Under the pieces are notes generated by a model. The model did not search any database and had not been told where the DNA came from. It saw only the letters and a program-made list of their open reading frames with translations. From contig CAWBKB010000003.1 of assembly GCA_963789265.1 (NCBI GenBank), forward strand, positions 32,001 to 96,000: 64,000 bases of DNA. The letters are read 5' to 3'. Shown one piece after another: positions 63,098 through 64,000 of this stretch. A program made the translations under genes and the position numbers. The DNA comes from an uncultured delta proteobacterium (lineage in GTDB: Bacteria > Desulfobacterota > Desulfomonilia > Desulfomonilales > Desulfomonilaceae). Every line of letters begins with the position of its first letter. The first letter of the stretch is position 1.

Positions 63098-63754
63098 ATG
63101 CTTGCTGTTCGACCTTGGTTTCTGGTTTTGGCGATCGTTTTGGTCTGCGCCGGCATTCCTGCCGCACTTGCCCGGGGTGAGGCTCCGGAAGAGCACAAGG
63201 CTGTCAAACCTACCGTGGTCAAGGTCAGAATTGAACCCGCGCAGCCCCGGACGGGAGACAAGGTTAAGATATATTTCAACCTGGGGGGAGGGGCTGAGCG
63301 TGCTGAAGTAAAATGGTCCTTAAACGGCAAAGAGGTCCAGCTTTCGGATTATATTGAAGCATTCAAGTACGTGGAGTTGAACAAGACGCTCAAGGCCGAT
63401 GACAAAGTTATTGCTGTCATAACTCCGTTCGATGCAAACGGGGTTGCCGGGGCTAAGGTTGTCCGGCGGATTGTTTGCGCGAGCGCTCCACCCGAACTGA
63501 AAGTTGTCGATCAGCGGATCGAAGCGGGAGTGTACAAGGCAACCGTGGAAGCCAAGGACCCTCAAGGTGGGCACGTTTCATTGACCCTGGAAAAGGGACC
63601 GCCGGGAATGACGATGGATCCTAAGGGGAACATTACCTGGCCCTTAGGCAGTGATATCGCAGGCAGATTTCCCGTGAAGATCGAGGCAAAGACCGAAAAG
63701 AGCGGCCAAGCAATTCTCTCATTCGACGTGGGCATAAAGAGAGGAAACCAATGA
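63098..63754 (+). CDS. Secreted Ig-like (putative Ig domain) protein
   Basis: Signal peptide; DPQG..V.LTL.KGPPGMTMD.KG.ITW He_PIG-like motif. Confidence 0.75.
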   Translation: MLAVRPWFLVLAIVLVCAGIPAALARGEAPEEHKAVKPTVVKVRIEPAQPRTGDKVKIYFNLGGGAERAEVKWSLNGKEVQLSDYIEAFKYVELNKTLKADDKVIAVITPFDANGVAGAKVVRRIVCASAPPELKVVDQRIEAGVYKATVEAKDPQGGHVSLTLEKGPPGMTMDPKGNITWPLGSDIAGRFPVKIEAKTEKSGQAILSFDVGIKRGNQ

Positions 63755-63869
63755 TCCCGGTCTGCCGCATAGGTGCTTTCTTGCCACCCTCCTCCAAACA
63801 CTCCCGTAGAGGATGGGAAACCTGTGAAGGCGCGCCTGAAACCCTCCCCTACCTCTCGCTCCCAGGTGG

Positions 63870-64000
63870 AATAGGCGCTAACTTGATGTCAGATTCATTG
63901 CATTTGAGGAGACCAGACGGCCGGAGGCCATCAAAGTCCCCCATTTCTAAAGGGAGATTTAGAGGGATTTTCAATGGGTTATCCCCAAACCCCCCCTGGC
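63870..64000. mobile_element. Possible MITE left end with REP cargo (cut by window edge)
   Basis: ATAGGCGCTAAC resembles the ATAGGCGTTAAG end at 46980; followed by hairpin TCCCCC-ATTTCTAAA-GGGAGA. Confidence 0.35.

Overview
About 64 kb of chromosome from an anaerobic deltaproteobacterium. Gene content suggests Desulfomonile/Syntrophales-like, which is an inference. Minus strand 1-15.1 kb is a complex I (nuo) operon whose NADH input module is a HydABC/Hnd-like NuoE-thioredoxin-fold ferredoxin-long NuoF-NuoG set, interleaved with DRTGG, CBS, HATPase and PHP regulatory genes. It is followed by an orphan DNA methyltransferase, a decayed toxin-tip/immunity pair, an AT-rich methylase-nuclease-SEC-C island, a prpD-comA pair, degQ, glgP, dnaE, an mlaEFD operon, an IS1182 nested in a MITE, a multiheme cytochrome c/cytochrome b fusion, cytochrome c3, a hydrogenase maturation protease, dnaJ and a probably sigma54-driven type IV pilus adhesin locus. 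The top observation is the PilY1-like adhesin gene: it appears to start at 57039 with a signal peptide and has an in-frame TGA (codon 33) followed by an fdhF-like SECIS hairpin, making it a candidate secreted selenoprotein. It also carries an 18-Cys ladder insertion. Intergenic DNA holds several MITE/REP families, including MITEs sharing termini with the IS1182. Six genes show single-base frameshifts, probably long-read assembly errors. No tRNA, rRNA or CRISPR array was seen.
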